A DNA stretch of 60,220 nt, counting the filler, from Hausera hauseri (lineage: Eukaryota): NCBI GenBank assembly GCA_046269625.1. It is 10 parts of 10 records of this genome, joined end to end, with 100 filler letters (N's around TTAATTAATTAA, not from the genome) between each part and the next. Parts side by side here need not be neighbours in the genome. Positions count along the whole stretch, not along the records: positions 43,538 to 47,692 come from JBJURY010731101.1; positions 47,793 to 55,814 come from JBJURY010814309.1; positions 55,915 to 60,220 come from JBJURY010645553.1; 7 more parts are not named here. The stretch is one strand, 5' to 3'. The position numbers and the translations under genes are program-made. Below the pieces are notes generated by a model that worked only from the letters and a program-made list of their open reading frames with translations, had not been told where the DNA came from and made no database searches. Of the stretch, positions 45,232 to 60,069 are shown piece after piece. The stretch's first letter is position 1. Every line of letters starts with the position of its first letter.

Positions 45232-46535
45232 CACGGTCCGACAAATAAATTTTAGGACTGGACTTATAAAACGCTATAGAAGCAAAATATTTTCACTTTT
45301 ATTGTTTTATTTATTCAAAATAATTTCTTTCTTAAATAAACTTGTTGCATCGATCCAAAAGAAATTCAAATGCATGATTCAGCCCATTTTGTGGTATTTC
45401 CTTTGATGTCTGTGTTGAAGCTGTTTGAATGGTCAAAATACCTTCGAAAAAGCATCCTTTCTACATCAATTTCAATTTTGGGAATAAAAAGAAGTCGCAC
45501 GGAGTCAAATCGGGTAAATATGGCGGATGATTAACCACACAGACTTGATTTCGAGCCAAAATAGGCGAACAATAAGTGAATTATGAGATGGCACTTTATT
45601 GTGCAACAGCGACCAATTTTCTGGATCTGGATATTCGTAACGGTTACTACAGATTCTGTCCATCAAACGCTTCAAAACTTTGAGATAATAGTCGCTGGCA
45701 ACTGTTTGAACAGAGAGACCGAATTCTTTGTGGATAATTCTTTCGCTATCAAAGAATGTGATGAATATTGTTTAATTTTGGAAGACACTTTTCATATTTT
45801 TTGCTACTGGTAAATTTTTCGACCTTCATTACTCACGTTGATGCTTGGTTTTTGGATCATATTAGAAGCACCATGTTTCCTCACCCGTGTTAATTGATTT
45901 CAGGAAGTTTGGATCATTTCTGGCGGCTGTAACGAAGCCTCTGGAGTGGCTAACTCTCATTGACTTTTGTTCGTTATTCAAAATGTGTGGAACAAATTTA
46001 GCACAGATCTTTGTTTTACCTAAATCCTCGTGAAGAATGGTCCGAATCGTCTGTCGGTTGATATTCAGAGACTCATCCATTATTTTCAAGGAATCACTGC
46101 AGTCATTTGCAACAAAATCACATACTTTTTCGATCATTTCTGGGTTTCGACTTGAAATTGGTCTTCCCGTATGTTTGTCATCTTCTAGTGACTTTTTGCA
46201 ACCAAAAATCGTTTATGACACACGAAAACATTTGATCGACTTAAACAAGCATCGGCATGCACTTGCTGCATCAATTGGAATGTTTTTGATGCATTTTACC
46301 CAGTTTTCGCACTGAATTTAAGGATCGATCTTCGTTCCATGATAAAATTTCAATATCGATTTAAACTTGTTTAGGAAGAACTATCATAACTATTTCATTT
46401 GTCATTCAATTTAATAAATGAGGGCGCGTTAGATAGAAGAAAAATGTATCCTTCGAATGATGTTAATTTTAAACAGATGGCACCACTAATTGCTGAGATA
46501 TGGCGCTAGTCTTACAAATTATTTGTCGGACCGCA
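45232..46535 (-). mobile_element. mariner (DD34D) transposon, full length, decayed
   Basis: ~28-bp imperfect TIRs (CGGTCCGACAAATAA..GACT), TA on both flanks, 1304 bp. Transposase remnants 'KICAKFVPH', 'NTGEETW', 'HPPYLPDLTPCDFFLF'. Confidence 0.93.
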
Positions 46536-46759
46536 TATATATCACTTATAATAAATGTAATATACGTCTTATGTAGTACTGTACATTAATTCTTTGTTTC
46601 TAAAAATTAACCATAATATATAATTTTTCTAAATTTTAAGAGTCATAATTTTTCATAAGATTTGTTTCAGATAAACACTATTTGTTACACAAATTTTCTA
46701 TAGTATGCAAAACTTTACATAATCTACTTCTTATTTCACCATACAAAGTTTTTATTAAA

Positions 46760-47240
46760 TGTCTTTTTGAAGTATTTATTTAAAAAATACATTCGTCTAA
46801 TTTTTTGACCTACTGCAACGAATTCTGAAACTGTGGGCCATCATACACTCAGTCGGATAACAATTTCCAGACGTCTTCAACGATGTTCAAATCTAGATTC
46901 CTTGACGACCAATTTACCACATTCATATTACTGTGATAATAAAAATATTTAATTTTCTTGGCCTTATGTATAGCGCAAATGTTTTCTTGGATGAAAACAT
47001 TTTCTCCATGATTTAATTTCGCAACTGATACAAGAGTACTTTTCAATAGTTTCAAATAATCCCACGAATTAAATTTCTCATAGAAGATTTTATGGCACAA
47101 AAGCCCATTACGCTTTACCATCAGCCAAACCAACATACTTCCACCTTGGCATTGCCGCTTCTGACTTACATATTTTTCTGAATTTGACATATATGTTTCT
47201 CAATCGTCCGGACCATCCAGAGAAAATCTTTTTTTATCCT
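46760..47240 (-). pseudogene. Tc1-like transposase fragment
   Basis: 'FSLDGPD', 'GGSMLVW', 'FIQEN..IH', 'W..RNLDLNIVEDVW'. Confidence 0.85.
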
Positions 47241-47792
47241 TGAAGTATTAAAAAGGGTAAAATGAAATTGTATAATTAAAAAACCTTTGAAGTTAGTGAT
47301 TCTCAATTAAATAAAATAATCTAAATTGAAAAAGAAAGTTAATAAAATATTGATTGTGCTATTAAGAAGAGTGCTAAAAGTTATCCAAGGAAAGCAAATA
47401 AATTTGTGAACATAATTATACAAGATGTAAAGGGGGTCATATTAAATGTGTGAAATGAAGAAAATATCAATAACAATCTCAAATGTAAACGGAAGGAGGT
47501 AACCATAATTAGAATGAATATGGAAGAAAAAATGGAAAAAAGATTAAAATGAAAATGATATTCGTGTAATTAAAAGAAAACTTTCTCATTCAGTTATGTA
47601 ACAAGAATAATTTAAAGAATGAAGACGAGTGTCAAATAAGAAAATTCCAATAATTATAATTAGGTGGAATGAATAAAAATATTTTCTCTCTCNNNNNNNN
47701 NNNNNNNNNNNNNNNNNNNNNNNNNNNNNNNNNNNNTTAATTAATTAANNNNNNNNNNNNNNNNNNNNNNNNNNNNNNNNNNNNNNNNNNNN

Positions 47793-50700
47793 TTCCATGC
47801 TTCTCGTAAGCTGCCTAAAAATGGTTTTACACGAGATCCTCTATCTTTTCTTGTAGCACATATTTTACACGAACGTACCCATCCTTCAATATGTTTATTC
47901 ATTTGAGGCCAATAATATTTTGCGGTTATTCGCTTCAGTCTTATTTAAAGACGGTTATCCAGCTAAGTGTGAATCGTGTTCTTGTAGCATGAAAGCCTTG
48001 ACTGGTGTGGGTACAAGGATCAGTTTTCTCTCCGACTCTTAATCGTAAGATACCATTTTCGATTTCGAGATTTTCTCGGTTCCTTTCATGAAATTTCCGA
48101 ATTTGGCTTGATATTGAATCAGGTACTTGTCCATTGATTAATTGCTTGACTTGAACAAGAAAGGAATCTTGATTCTGCAAGGTCTCAATATTTCGTACTT
48201 GAATTTGACGTTGCTCTTGTAGCATCTCATTGATAATTTTCTCATTCAGTTGTTTGTTATTTTCATTATCTAAAGGCTTATAAACTGCAGCTACAATCTT
48301 ATCATATGGCATTCTCGAAAGCGCGTCAGCGTCTATGTTTTCGTTGCCGGGACGATATCGATATTCAAGATCATAATTCAAAAGTTCCAACTTCCATCTT
48401 TGGAGTCGACTTGGTACATGTCTATTGTCAGAGCGTAAAGACAAAAGTACCTTATGATCAATAAATATTATGATTTTATGACCATAAACGTAATACTCGT
48501 AATGTCGTAATTCGTCACAAATAGCTAATAGCTCTAATTCAGTGGTTGAGTATTTTCGTTCTGAATTATTTAAACTTCGTCCTCCGTAGGCGATCACGTG
48601 TTCTGTTGTTTCTTCTGCATCTTGCTGAGCTAATATATAACTAATTGCTTTTATGCTAGCGTCAGTTTTCAGGATAAATTACAATGAAAAATCTGGGTAT
48701 CTCAATATAGGTGCTGATACCATTCGTTTCTTAATCTTGTCAAATGCGTTTTGATTCTCTTCTGTCCATTCCCATTTTTGATCCTTTCTTAACAGTTTAT
48801 ATTGAGGTTGGTTAATTTCTGCAAAGTCAGGTATAAATGTAGCATAAAATCCTCCTAATCATAATTAAGCCTTCATTTCGTGGACATTGGTTGGTGGGGG
48901 ATATTCCAATATTTTGGATATTAAATCAGGGCTAGCCGAAATTCCTTGGTTAGAAACAACAAATCCGAGATATCTAACTTCTTTCTTGCACCATTCGCAT
49001 TTCTTCGGATTTAACTTTAATTTAGCAAGTCTAATTCGATCGGATACTTTTAATTCACCTAAATGTGCGGTCCATGTTTTGGATGCGATAAGAATGCCAT
49101 CAATGTATGATAATCCTCGTACTCCTTTTAGTACTAGGCGAATAAATTCTTGAAAGAGGTAGGTGCTGTTTTCAAACCAAATGGCATACGGGTAAATTGA
49201 TAGACTCCGGTATGCGTCTTAAATGCATTTTTTCATCTGTCTTCTGCTACGGGGATTTGCCAAAACCCACTTTGTAAATTCAAGGTAGTAAAATATTTAC
49301 AATCCTTTAATTCATCAATGATATCCCGAATTCTTGGAATTGGATAAGCATGATTCATTAGATGCTTGTTCAAAGTAACATAATTTACACACAAACGATG
49401 TTTAGTCGTATTAGCTTTCTTGGCCATAACTATGGAAGAGGGCCATGGTGATTGACTTGGTTCTATGATACCTTTATTGAGCTTAGCTTGAATTTGCTCT
49501 TCGACTTCCTTTTGGAGTGCTTTTGGAGGAGGGTACCATTTTGATATTGTTTGTCGTAACAAATCTTTCTTTTCCTGTTAACGGGTCAATTATAAATGAT
49601 AATTTGAATTTAACTAAATCAGTTCGTCCGATATCAGTTTCATTCTTTGCAAAAATGTCGAGATACTCAAAATTGAGGTCTGAGAAATGTTTTTGATATT
49701 CGTCTGATAGATTTTTCTTAGCTTTTGCAAGAACAACGTTTAATATATCTTCGGCATTTTCTTGTTCTGTAGTATAGACGGTTGCAACTTTGTTATCGTA
49801 ACTCTCTCGACGAGTCGTTTCAAGAGCGTGTCCAATTTTTGTTTTTGTGAATAACGTGACATATTTTGGGGTTGGATTTAAAACTTCTACTGAAATAGTT
49901 CCTCGAATCACATTGACGCAATAGTGTGGTAATATAAGTCCATTTCGAAGAATTTTAGGTACAAATTCAATGATACAATTGTCTGAAAAATTTGTTTTAG
50001 CATGTATGACCGTTCGTGAGCTGGGTGGTATTTTTTCAGTATGTCCTACCCAGATGTCTGCTTTGTTGTAATTAGGTTGTTTATCTTCATTATTTGGACA
50101 GATCGATCCTGATTGTAAGTTTATATGTACACCTTCCAATTTTTGTAACACATTCATACCCAAAATACATCGCGGATCCAGAGTAACCATTACATCAAAA
50201 GTTATTTTGACTCTCTGTCCACAAATCCATGGTTCACTTTTCTGTTATCCATAAGGTTTACTGCATTGCTGAAAAGCCGAAGTGGTACCTGGTGAGTCCT
50301 TAGTAACCAATTTTATTTTAACTTGTAATTCTTCTGGAATTGCATGTTTCGCTATCAACGCAACATTGGCCCCTGTATCTACCATAGCATTCAAATCGAA
50401 AGTACCAAAATGAACTGTTGTATGTGGTCTATTGTCTCGTAATAGCTCAAGGAACGTTAATACATCATTATGATCGTCAATATGTGGTTCCATCAGTGTA
50501 TAACTAGACGAACAATGTCTGTTGGTACTATTAGATAAAATGACTGTTAAACTCTCCAGTGATTGGGTATGAATTTCTGACGTTTTATTTTCATCTTTGA
50601 GTTCAGTTAATTCTGGATACCAACTAATATGCTTCGATGTTGTCCGTTGCTTATTGTTAAGCTCAGAAGTAGCTAAATGAGATTTTCTGTCTGATTGAGT

Positions 50701-53700
50701 TTCCATTGGCCTAGTTACTTGATGATAAGGTACTGAGGATAATGTACCCATTTTGGGTGAAACTGGTAACGTTACTCGATTGTTTTCCATATTTCGTGTA
50801 ATGATGGATTGCCGGATCTCCTCTTGAGAGTATTTTGGTAAGGTTCGTAATCTTATGTATTCTTCTCTTTTTGCGTAAGGATCAGTTAAATCTGTTAAAT
50901 TTGATAGTTTACAAATAGGCATTGTTTTATTATCATATGGTGCAGCAGGTAATTTGTGTTTATCCTTTTTCTTTGGCTTCATAAACTTCAATTTTCTCGT
51001 ATCCTTGGGAACTCCTATCGTAGGATAATACTTAGGAACTTGATGAGGTGTCCTTAGGAAATTGTTTCTCTAATTTATAGTCAACATGTTTTTCTAATTT
51101 GCCTCACCATTGTTTCTCATGATAGGCCTTAATAAATTTGCAAAGTGGGGAAAATAGAGCTCTTATTATGCTCAGCGACAGTCCCGTTAAATTAGAAATC
51201 TCATAGGCATTTAATACAGAATTAATGCAGACTTTCAAGGTTTGTATAATGAAGTATATGGCCAGAAAACCTGAAGCTCCTTGGCCAAATTTCAAGAATA
51301 CACCCCACATTTTATACCACAAATTTGAAACGATTTTAGAATAGGCGTCAGGTGTCCATAACCGATCCCATTTTCCTTCTCCGGCTGTGTCGTCGATTAC
51401 TCGATGTATTCCACGATTTACTATTTGTTCTCTTTGTCTAGGATATGCTAAAAATTTCACAAATGAATCAATTTCCTTTTTGCTATATAGTGCTGATTTG
51501 GATGCGTCGGTAAACATGTTGGTTTCAATCGCATGTTTTAAATTCGTCATCGTTAATTTATTTGGTTTTTCTTTAACTCTATCACGATCTGGTAGTCTAA
51601 CCCAAAGGTCTTGGCTATCATACTTGATAAACGGCTTATTTAATGCTGAACAATTCTGGATTTCCGTGGGTATTGTATGGGGTGCCAGGAGCACTCTAGT
51701 AATAGGCTGAACGTATCGTATTTCCTCGTTATATTTAACGTGTATCTCCGAATAACATGGAGTGCCGGTAATCAACGGCAATTCTAATCGTTTACATTTG
51801 TAGGTATATAACACTTCTCCTAGGACTCTGTCTTGAATTCCTTCACCGAAAGAAAGGGTTATCGTGATCATTTCCCGATTTGATGCATAGATAGTCAAAC
51901 GGTTTCTTAGTTTCAAAATTTACTTTACAAAAATTTTGGATTGTTTTGGAATATATTTCTTCAATTGTTTTATGGGTTAGATAGAATAGAAAGTCATCTC
52001 GATTTGCAATGTAATCGGCAATATTTACTAACTGAGCTCTATTAGTGGGAGAATTATCGGCTCCTTTGATTTCTCTTTTATATATGAAGTAATTATCGTA
52101 ATTCGTACTGAATACTTGCTGTCCACATTTTGTAATTGCATTCTGTTGTATAAGTTTAACTCCTCCTTTGATATCCTTGGATATTACAATCTTAGGCGTC
52201 TTTATTTCTGGAATAACTTGAATATTAGTATGCTCAAAATTAGTCTCATAATGGCGGGCATAACGTTTTCCTGTAGTGACATTGAATTCTCCTTTTCTGA
52301 TTTGTACTAATGTACAATCGTAACTTATGGGAGATGTCCACACTATCGTGGATGTTCTAGTATGACAATGTCCCGTTTGCAACTTACAAAAGGATGCGTC
52401 TGCCATTGTATTTGTGCTAGTCTTGAAGACGTAGGTATTATCCTTAATTTCGACTTTGTGCTGGTCAATCACTACGATACCTGCTTCGATGCCTTTTCCG
52501 GTGTCAAAATTTCCTCATCTTCAGTTTCCTTTTTCATCTTTATATCCAGTGATCCATTTTTCTTGTTGAGTTACTTGCCCTTTTGTGGCGGTCAATAGGA
52601 TTTCTCCCCATTTCAGTTGCTGGGTTTTTCCCGCATCTCTACAATATGTTGGGTTTACTGTCACGTATTTAGGTATAGTGGTAGGTTTAATGTAAGAGTC
52701 GTGGTGTAGATGACCGCAATGAGAAATAGTACGGGATACGCGTAGAGAGCATTCCAGTCCTTTTATGTGTAACATAGTTTAATCATAGTAAATATATAAA
52801 TTCTGCGTTTGAGTTTCCAATTTTCTCGGAAGAGCGTCCGGGCATGACTGGAGATCCATCAATGAGTAGTAACTTCCTTCATATATTTGATTGCAATCAT
52901 AAGCTAATATTGTTCCGGTCCTTTTAAAATTGGAAAATAATACCAATAAGAGTAACGTAAATAGGATAAATATTCCATTGGACTTTACACCATCGCTTTT
53001 CTGAATTTCTTCCTGTATTTGACTGGTCATTTTCTCCATTACAATGGGAACAACCTCTTCTTGAGATGCATTTAAAGTAATTTCTTGAATAACTTTTTCG
53101 ATATTTGTCGGTTGTTTCGAGTAAATTTTCGTTTTTATTGCGTAGAAATAGGTCACTCCATTTTCCATATTGCGGAATTATTGATTTGCTAGCATGAGTG
53201 ATTTTGCCTGTTGTGTCTTTCAATCTGTTTTCATTGAGTGTCTCATATATTAACAACATTATCACCTTTTCAAGATTTACACGAGATGGTTTCTCTAGTA
53301 TTAGTTGTACGATATTGTCAATTGTGAAGTTTTTCCACTGTGAATTTTTCTTAAGATTCTTCATAAATTTCAGCTGTTCTTTAACTTGTTTCTTCCATTT
53401 TGGAGATCGGGGAGTGATCGAATATTTTCCAATATCTATATAATAGATTTCTCTAGCTAACTTCTTAACTTCTTTATATTCTTTGTATAATTTTGGAGTT
53501 TTATAATCCGTAATTTGGATAGCGAAATTTTTAGCAACAGTTATTAATTTGTTAGGTCTGCCGCGCTTATTAAGGTCGAACAATGTTTTCCTTACTATTG
53601 GCTGTACGATTTCTTTATTGTCTATATCAATAAGTGGTTTCTTCAAATTTTCCGTTGTTGCTTCTTTTAAATGTTGTAAATAAGCTGGTTTACATTGGAT

Positions 53701-55814
53701 TTCCATAATAGATTCATCTTCATGTATATCTTCTTTTATTATTTTCCGTTTTGCTTCCTCATGAGTTAATTCATTTGTTGGCATAACTTTAACGGCGTTG
53801 ATATTTGTGGGTATCATTCCAACATTTATTAAAATTTTTCTGAGTCTAAGATTCTGTTATAATATTCAATCCTTAAGTGTTTCATAACTCTCTTGGTTTG
53901 ACACTTGATCATCTGTTCAAGGTCCGCAACTCGATTATCTAGACTCATTTCTAGATCAGGAAAGACAATGCCGTTGACATGGGGTCGAACAATAATTTTT
54001 TGATCTACGTAGTCTTGATTGCTTAGCAAATACTTTCCTAATAGTTTCAATAGCGTTAGTGGAGTAGCGTTATATCTCCATTTATCTGCCGCTTTACTGG
54101 CTAACTCCTCTGCCGCTTCTAAAATTTCTTGAATATTTCCATCCTTGTTGAGGTATGCCATTAACAAGTTGTCTAACTCTTCAGGAAACTCCTGTAAAGC
54201 ATTCACTCTTGAGTAAAGTTGGTCGAGTCTCTATCTCATCGTCCATTTCTTTCTCTGGGAATCTTTCAGGATGGATGTTGTCTAAATCACACTCGCTGAA
54301 ATCGGTAATGTTGATGTCATCTACGAAACTATAATCAGTTGTATCACAGAGAGTATCTCGTACTACGTCGACTGGTATTTGCATTTTGTTTCTACTAATT
54401 CTAATGTCACTAGGTTTGCATAAGCGCATCTTTTTTACAGTAGGTTTTCTTTTGATTTTGGGTTGTATTGTTTCAGTTAGATCGGCAGTATTACTCTCAA
54501 TTTCTTCTGGGTGAATTGCTTTTTGTACCTGTTGTATCATATCTGATCGTTTTGGCACTGGTCCTTTTCATTTTTCCATTCTTTCTTTTAAGTCTGATTC
54601 TTCATCAAATATCAACGGAGGTTCGTCATCGGAAAGAGGTTCGCTTCCTTCTTTTCTTTTTATTTCATTTATAAATTTCTTGCAATCCGGTGACAATTTG
54701 ATTCCTTTTAATCTTTTGAGAAAATCGTTAGTTGTTTCTACTCCTTCGATAAGTTCTTCGATGGTGACTGGATGTATCATTGGCGGGCATTCATCATTAA
54801 TATATTTTATAATAATCAAAATGAATTCATTTTCAGTTTTGTTCTCTTCCTTATCCAAATCTGTCTCGTTGGATATGCATTGGTACAATTCATTACTTTC
54901 ATCAAGAATTTTAGTGAGCTTTTTCTCATTTTCTTCGGTACTTTTTATGCCGAGACTTTTCAGTTGTTCAATTAACATGTTAATTCTCTTCTTGAGAGTT
55001 ATCGATTTGTCTGTAACTGATTTGTGAAGCAACATTTTACAGTGTTTTTGTTTCTAAGACTTTAAATAAGTACGATACTATGGTTTGGCTTAATTTAATC
55101 CGTATTTCCTTAATAATTTCTTTCTTTTCAGAGTTAATTGGCGGAATTTTCGCATTTTCCAGTAATCGTTTTTGCTCTGTCCAAAAGGATCTTTCTTTGT
55201 CACTTAACTTTTGATCTAGAATATCATCGATTTTCTTAAGTTCGATTTTTATTTCTGATTCATATGTTTTACTCAACCATAATTCCATGTTAGTGCGAAT
55301 TTCTTTTAATTTCTCCTTATGTTCTTGTTTTATTTTCTTTTTCTTTAGCATAAGTAGACATAATTTGTCTAAGTAGTCGTTCTTTGTGGACACATCCTTT
55401 GTGAGGAGTAAGTCTTGTCCTTCCTTAATGAATTTCTGTATATCAATTTTTTCATCTTTTATTAACTGAGTTTCGTCCATCCCAATGGGAGTAACCTCAC
55501 CACTGCTGATTACTATTGGAGATGGTTCGATTCTGTAACTAAGAACTTTATCAATTACCGCATCGATTTGCTTATTAATCTTTTCTTGTCTTTCAACTTC
55601 TACTAGATGTGTAGGTTCCGGTACAAAGTCTTTTCACGTAATCTATAAATTTCTTTAATCAAATTTTTTTGTCATTTTCATTCATTGTATTTATACAGTT
55701 CTTTCTATGTAAGTGTTTATTAACTTGGATAACTCTAGTCCTTTAGGAATTTTCCCTTTGTTTATTTTCGCCAGATTTTTTTGTATCTATTCTCTAATCT
55801 TTGGTTGCATTTTC
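47793..55814 (-). mobile_element. decayed Gypsy element, third and more divergent family with glycoprotein-PR-RT-RH-IN order
   Basis: Long helical region 53000-55800, glycoprotein 51104-52980, PR 'MVDTGA' (50371-50379), RT ~48950-49560 (YIDG), RH 47941-48670, IN zinc-finger start ~47800-48000. Confidence 0.92.
51104..52980 (-). pseudogene. env: chuvirus-like glycoprotein, frameshifted
   Basis: Signal 'GIFILFTLLLLVLF', 'ILAYDCNQ..YSLMDLQSCPDA', 'LGEVLY..C', 'VQPITRVL', 'KMWGVFLKFGQGASGFLAIYFII'. Confidence 0.85.
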
Positions 55815-55914
55815 NNNNNNNNNNNNNNNNNNNNNNNNNNNNNNNNNNNNNNNNNNNNTTAATTAATTAANNNNNNNNNNNNNNNNNNNNNNNNNNNNNN
55901 NNNNNNNNNNNNNN

Positions 55915-58900
55915 ACCAGTTTAAGCGGTAGAAGAAAGAAATATTTAAGGACAGCAGCAGCAGCAGCATTATCTTGTCAACAACAACAACTAATATGAAA
56001 CATCAGGCATCAACAAGTCTTGACGACTTAATCAGAAACAGTACCCAGCAGTAGCCGCAGCAGCAGCAGCAGGAACAGCATCAACAAAAACAGGAGGCCA
56101 GTATTCCCAACATTACAGTCAAGTACGATCTGAACAGATGGTACGCGGACATGAAGGTGTACATGTCGGCGAAAACAGCAACGCAATTGAAGGATGTACC
56201 CGCTCATTTGTGTAACCAGTTGGAAACAGGTGGCCAAATTCCAACACAAACACTACAAAGTGCAATATTATGCACTTGCAGAATTTGAAAATTTGGAAGG
56301 TGACAGGAAACACTGGTACCTGTCATATCAAGCCGTACCGTATTCAGAAGATTTTATTGCCAACGTAGGCGAAAAGCTAAAGGTAAAAATCGCCAACTAC
56401 ACTGAAAGGGATAGTGGATGGCGAATTATAAAAATTGTTACTCTAGGCTTTATCATAACAAAGTCGAGTGATATGACATATTTGTCTGGACGATCATTCA
56501 TACCGACACCTGCAGCTTTGAAGCAGTCTTTGGCAGTAGTGAATGTAAAAAATACCAACAATAAATACTGTTTTATTTACAGTATTCTCGCGGTATTGAA
56601 ATATTACGACGTAGACAGACATAGTGCATCTCGTCCAAAACAGTATCAAAAATATTTTTCCGAATTGGATTGCGATAAAAGCTGGATGCCGATGAAACTG
56701 AAATCTATTCCGACTTTTGAAAGACGTAATCCGACACTGGCAATCAACATGTTCCAGCATAACGCAATCGTAGAAATACCGGCGGATGAAGAAGGTTACA
56801 AAAATCAACATGTGGATATAATCTATCGTAGTCGGAACCCAAATGGCCGCCGCTCAGTAAATTTGTTGCTACTGAAACGAAAAAAAAGTACAATTACGTT
56901 GCAGCGGCAAATCTGGACAGACCACTGAACATGGAGCATAACCATTTACTCCAAAAACGGATACCGTGTAAATGGTGTCTTGTATGTCTTCATGGATTCA
57001 GGTCGGAAACAACATGGGAGAAACATGTGACTCTGTGGAGACAAAATTCATCGGGAACTACAATGTATGTCATGACGTCAAAAAGGAACTCAGGTTCACT
57101 GACTGGTCAAAAACAGACAGTCCGGCATATGTAATATATGCCAATATCGAAGCTATCTTACACAGCACAACATATATTACCAAAGATATGTTCCAATCGT
57201 CGTCGGCATGTTGGTTGTCTCAATGAAAGCCGCAGTTCATCAACCTCAATATTACGTTTCTCATGGCTGGAACTGTGTACGTAATTTCTTGCAGCAGTTG
57301 GAAACAATAATAGAAACGGAAATCGCACCCTGGTACAGTAGAAATAGCAATAAACCTTTGATGTGGACAGATGAAGATGAATACCTGAAGTTTGCAGTCA
57401 CAGATGAATGTTACCTGTGCCACAAAATATTACCGTTTGATGCACAGAAACGGTTCGTACCGGATCATGACCACTTTATTGGGCGATATCTCGGAGCAGC
57501 GTGCAATTCGCACAATTTGGCAAGGTGTGTGCGGCCATTCCTGCTGGTGATTTTTTATAACTTTCGGGGTTATGATTGTCACCATATTTTAAAATGAGCC
57601 ATAAACGGATTTCCGAACTGGGAACTATCCATAATTCCAACAATGATGGAGAAGTACCTGTCCCTATCGGCACGCATAAACCGGTTCCAGGTACGGTTTC
57701 TTGACTCACTGCAGTTTCTCAATGAGTCTCTAGGAAACTCATAAGTGCCTTGCCGGATGTGCCGCTAACGATGACGCAGTTCCCTGCGCATATTGCACGC
57801 AGAAAAGATATTCCCATATGACTTTGCTGTGTCGTACGAGCGGCATCAGACAACAGATGAATTGCCGCCACAATGGACCGGAATCACACAGGACAAGCAC
57901 CACAGAGCACAGGAAGCATGGACAGAGTACGGCTAATGAAACGTGTTGGAGTACAGGCTGCAGTACCTGAAAATGGACATGTACATGTTAGCCGATGTGT
58001 TTCAGACATTTCATGCTAAGGCGTTGGTGGACGATAGGCTGGAGCCGCTTAAATTTTACTCCATACCGGGGATGAGTTGGTCATTGGCACTAATGTTGCT
58101 GGACAGTAAAATTGACCTGTTGCAAGACCCGTAAATGAACTGACTATTTGATGTTGGTATTCGTGGCGACATGACATTTGTCAACAAGCATCACGTAACC
58201 AGTGATGACGATGATGATGATACAGTGTCAATATTGTACATCGATATTAATAACCTGTACGGCTGGGTGCTTTCGCCGTACGGTTCAATTGAATGGATAA
58301 TGGACAGACAAAAACTGGATACATTGCTGGACAGTCTGCCAGCAGCAGCAAACACGACAGAAAGCAGCTCAGTCGGCTACCTAATGGAAGTCGATCACGT
58401 AATACCAGATGAGCTGCATGATGCTCTGGACGAATTACCCGTGGCACCAATCAGTCAATGTCCACTCGGCGGCTGAAAAGTAAAGTAACTGCTCATGACG
58501 CATAAACCCAAATCGAATTACGTGGTTCATTGGCGTCTACTGCAGTTTTACATGCAGCTCGGTGCACGCGTCACACAGCTGCATACAGCAATCATATTCA
58601 ATCAGGCGCCTATATTCAAGGCATACATTGATGGAAATTCGGAGTTCGAAAAAGATTATTACAAGCTGAAACACAATTCACTGTATCAAAAAGCAGTGGA
58701 GAATCTAAAGAAGCGGCTCAATGTGCGCCTGTGCAACAACGAAAAGCGGCTGGTTACGTATACCAGCAAAGCACAGTTTCGCCGATCGATGCACATTGCC
58801 AACGGATTAGTCGCCGTATTTCTCAACAGGGCAGAAGTAGTACTGGACCGGCCAATCTACATAAGACAAGTAATACTAGATCTGGACAAGTTACGCATGT

Positions 58901-59462
58901 ACGAGCTACAGTATCGCGACTTGGCACGTTAGTGGCAAATGTTTGGCGACGGCGGCGGCTGTGAGATCAGTATCGTTTCCGGTGACACAGACAGCTTTTT
59001 CCTCGAGCTGAAAAACGTCAATCGCGACAAACTGCTCAGACAAATAATGGCAGATGGACTACTGGACACGGCCAATTACCCACAGAATTCTCCGCTGTAT
59101 AGCAACGCCATCACGAACAAAATCGGTTGCTTCAAGGATGAAAGCGAAAACCTTGTTCAGTACCGAGAATGGATATTCATACGCCCAAAATGCTACAGTC
59201 TTCTGACGGACTGTGAACCGAAAATGCGCGCCAAAGGCGTTCAGCTGGCCCAGACGGAAATCGACCACGGTGATTATCGCCGCATCTATGATGGACAACA
59301 TGAAGACGGAGAAGAAGGAGGAAAGGTTGTTGTGTCTCAAACGACCATCCGATCGATTGAGAACCACCTGTATACCACCACAAATAAAAAGGTTGCTTTG
59401 TCATGCATCGATGACAAGCAAAAGTGGGTGGGGCGAAATAAGAGTTAGGCTTATGGCCATTG
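55915..59462 (+). pseudogene. polB: Polinton protein-primed PolB with endonuclease VII-like insertion, decayed
   Basis: 'DSGW', 'VVNVKN..CFIYSILA', 'DHDHFIGRYLGAACNSHNL', 'NFRGYD', 'FLDSLQFL', 'YIDINNLYG', 'KLKHNSLY', 'GDTDSF', 'RPKCYS', 'AKGV'. Confidence 0.93.
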
Positions 59463-59703
59463 ACGGTTGAAGTAAAGCACATACACAGTAATACAGCTCA
59501 GATGAAGGCAGTCAAACCAGTACAATTTATAAACTATAACACTCGCTGTTATTTGGTTTTGTCAATAATGTGTATTTGTTCCACGTGTTTTGTTTTGTCT
59601 TTTTAATTTAACGTATTATTATCATGTAAGGTATTTAATAAAAATAGCAAATTAAGAGAAAAGTAAATCAATAATTTATTAATGATAAAACACAAAAGGC
59701 AAT

Positions 59704-60069
59704 TCAAATCAAACTAAATTTGCACAATTTCCACATTGGCGATTTAACACCACACAGTTCTATGTAGCCTTTCAATTTCAGCGTCAGAAAGCCTTTAGCA
59801 CTTTCGGATGGCAACGTCGTCGCTTCTGTTGTTGTTATTGTTGTTATTGTTTCGTCATCACTTGAACGTATAATCTTTTTTATACTGCCCTTGAGAAAAA
59901 GTGATGATGTGTCCCGAATATCATTGGACAACACCAAATCACCGTCGAAGTTTTTCAGCGTACGTTCCATCGTGTCCAAATCACTGTCGCTGATTTTTTT
60001 GTCAACAAACCGTATTTCACCTGTTTGAGTTTGACCGGTTGCGCCCATGACAATTAAATGCGCGTTCAT
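59704..60069 (-). CDS. hypothetical protein convergent with polB
   Basis: 121-aa ORF. The AT-rich gap toward polB has polyA-like signals. Confidence 0.4.
   Translation of the reverse strand: MNAHLIVMGATGQTQTGEIRFVDKKISDSDLDTMERTLKNFDGDLVLSNDIRDTSSLFLKGSIKKIIRSSDDETITTITTTEATTLPSESAKGFLTLKLKGYIELCGVKSPMWKLCKFSLI

Noticed and set aside
3950-55914. Recurrent TTAATTAATTAA within N runs as a biological repeat, and ORFs running into X stretches
   Set aside because: These are artificial contig linkers. Adjacency across them carries no information.
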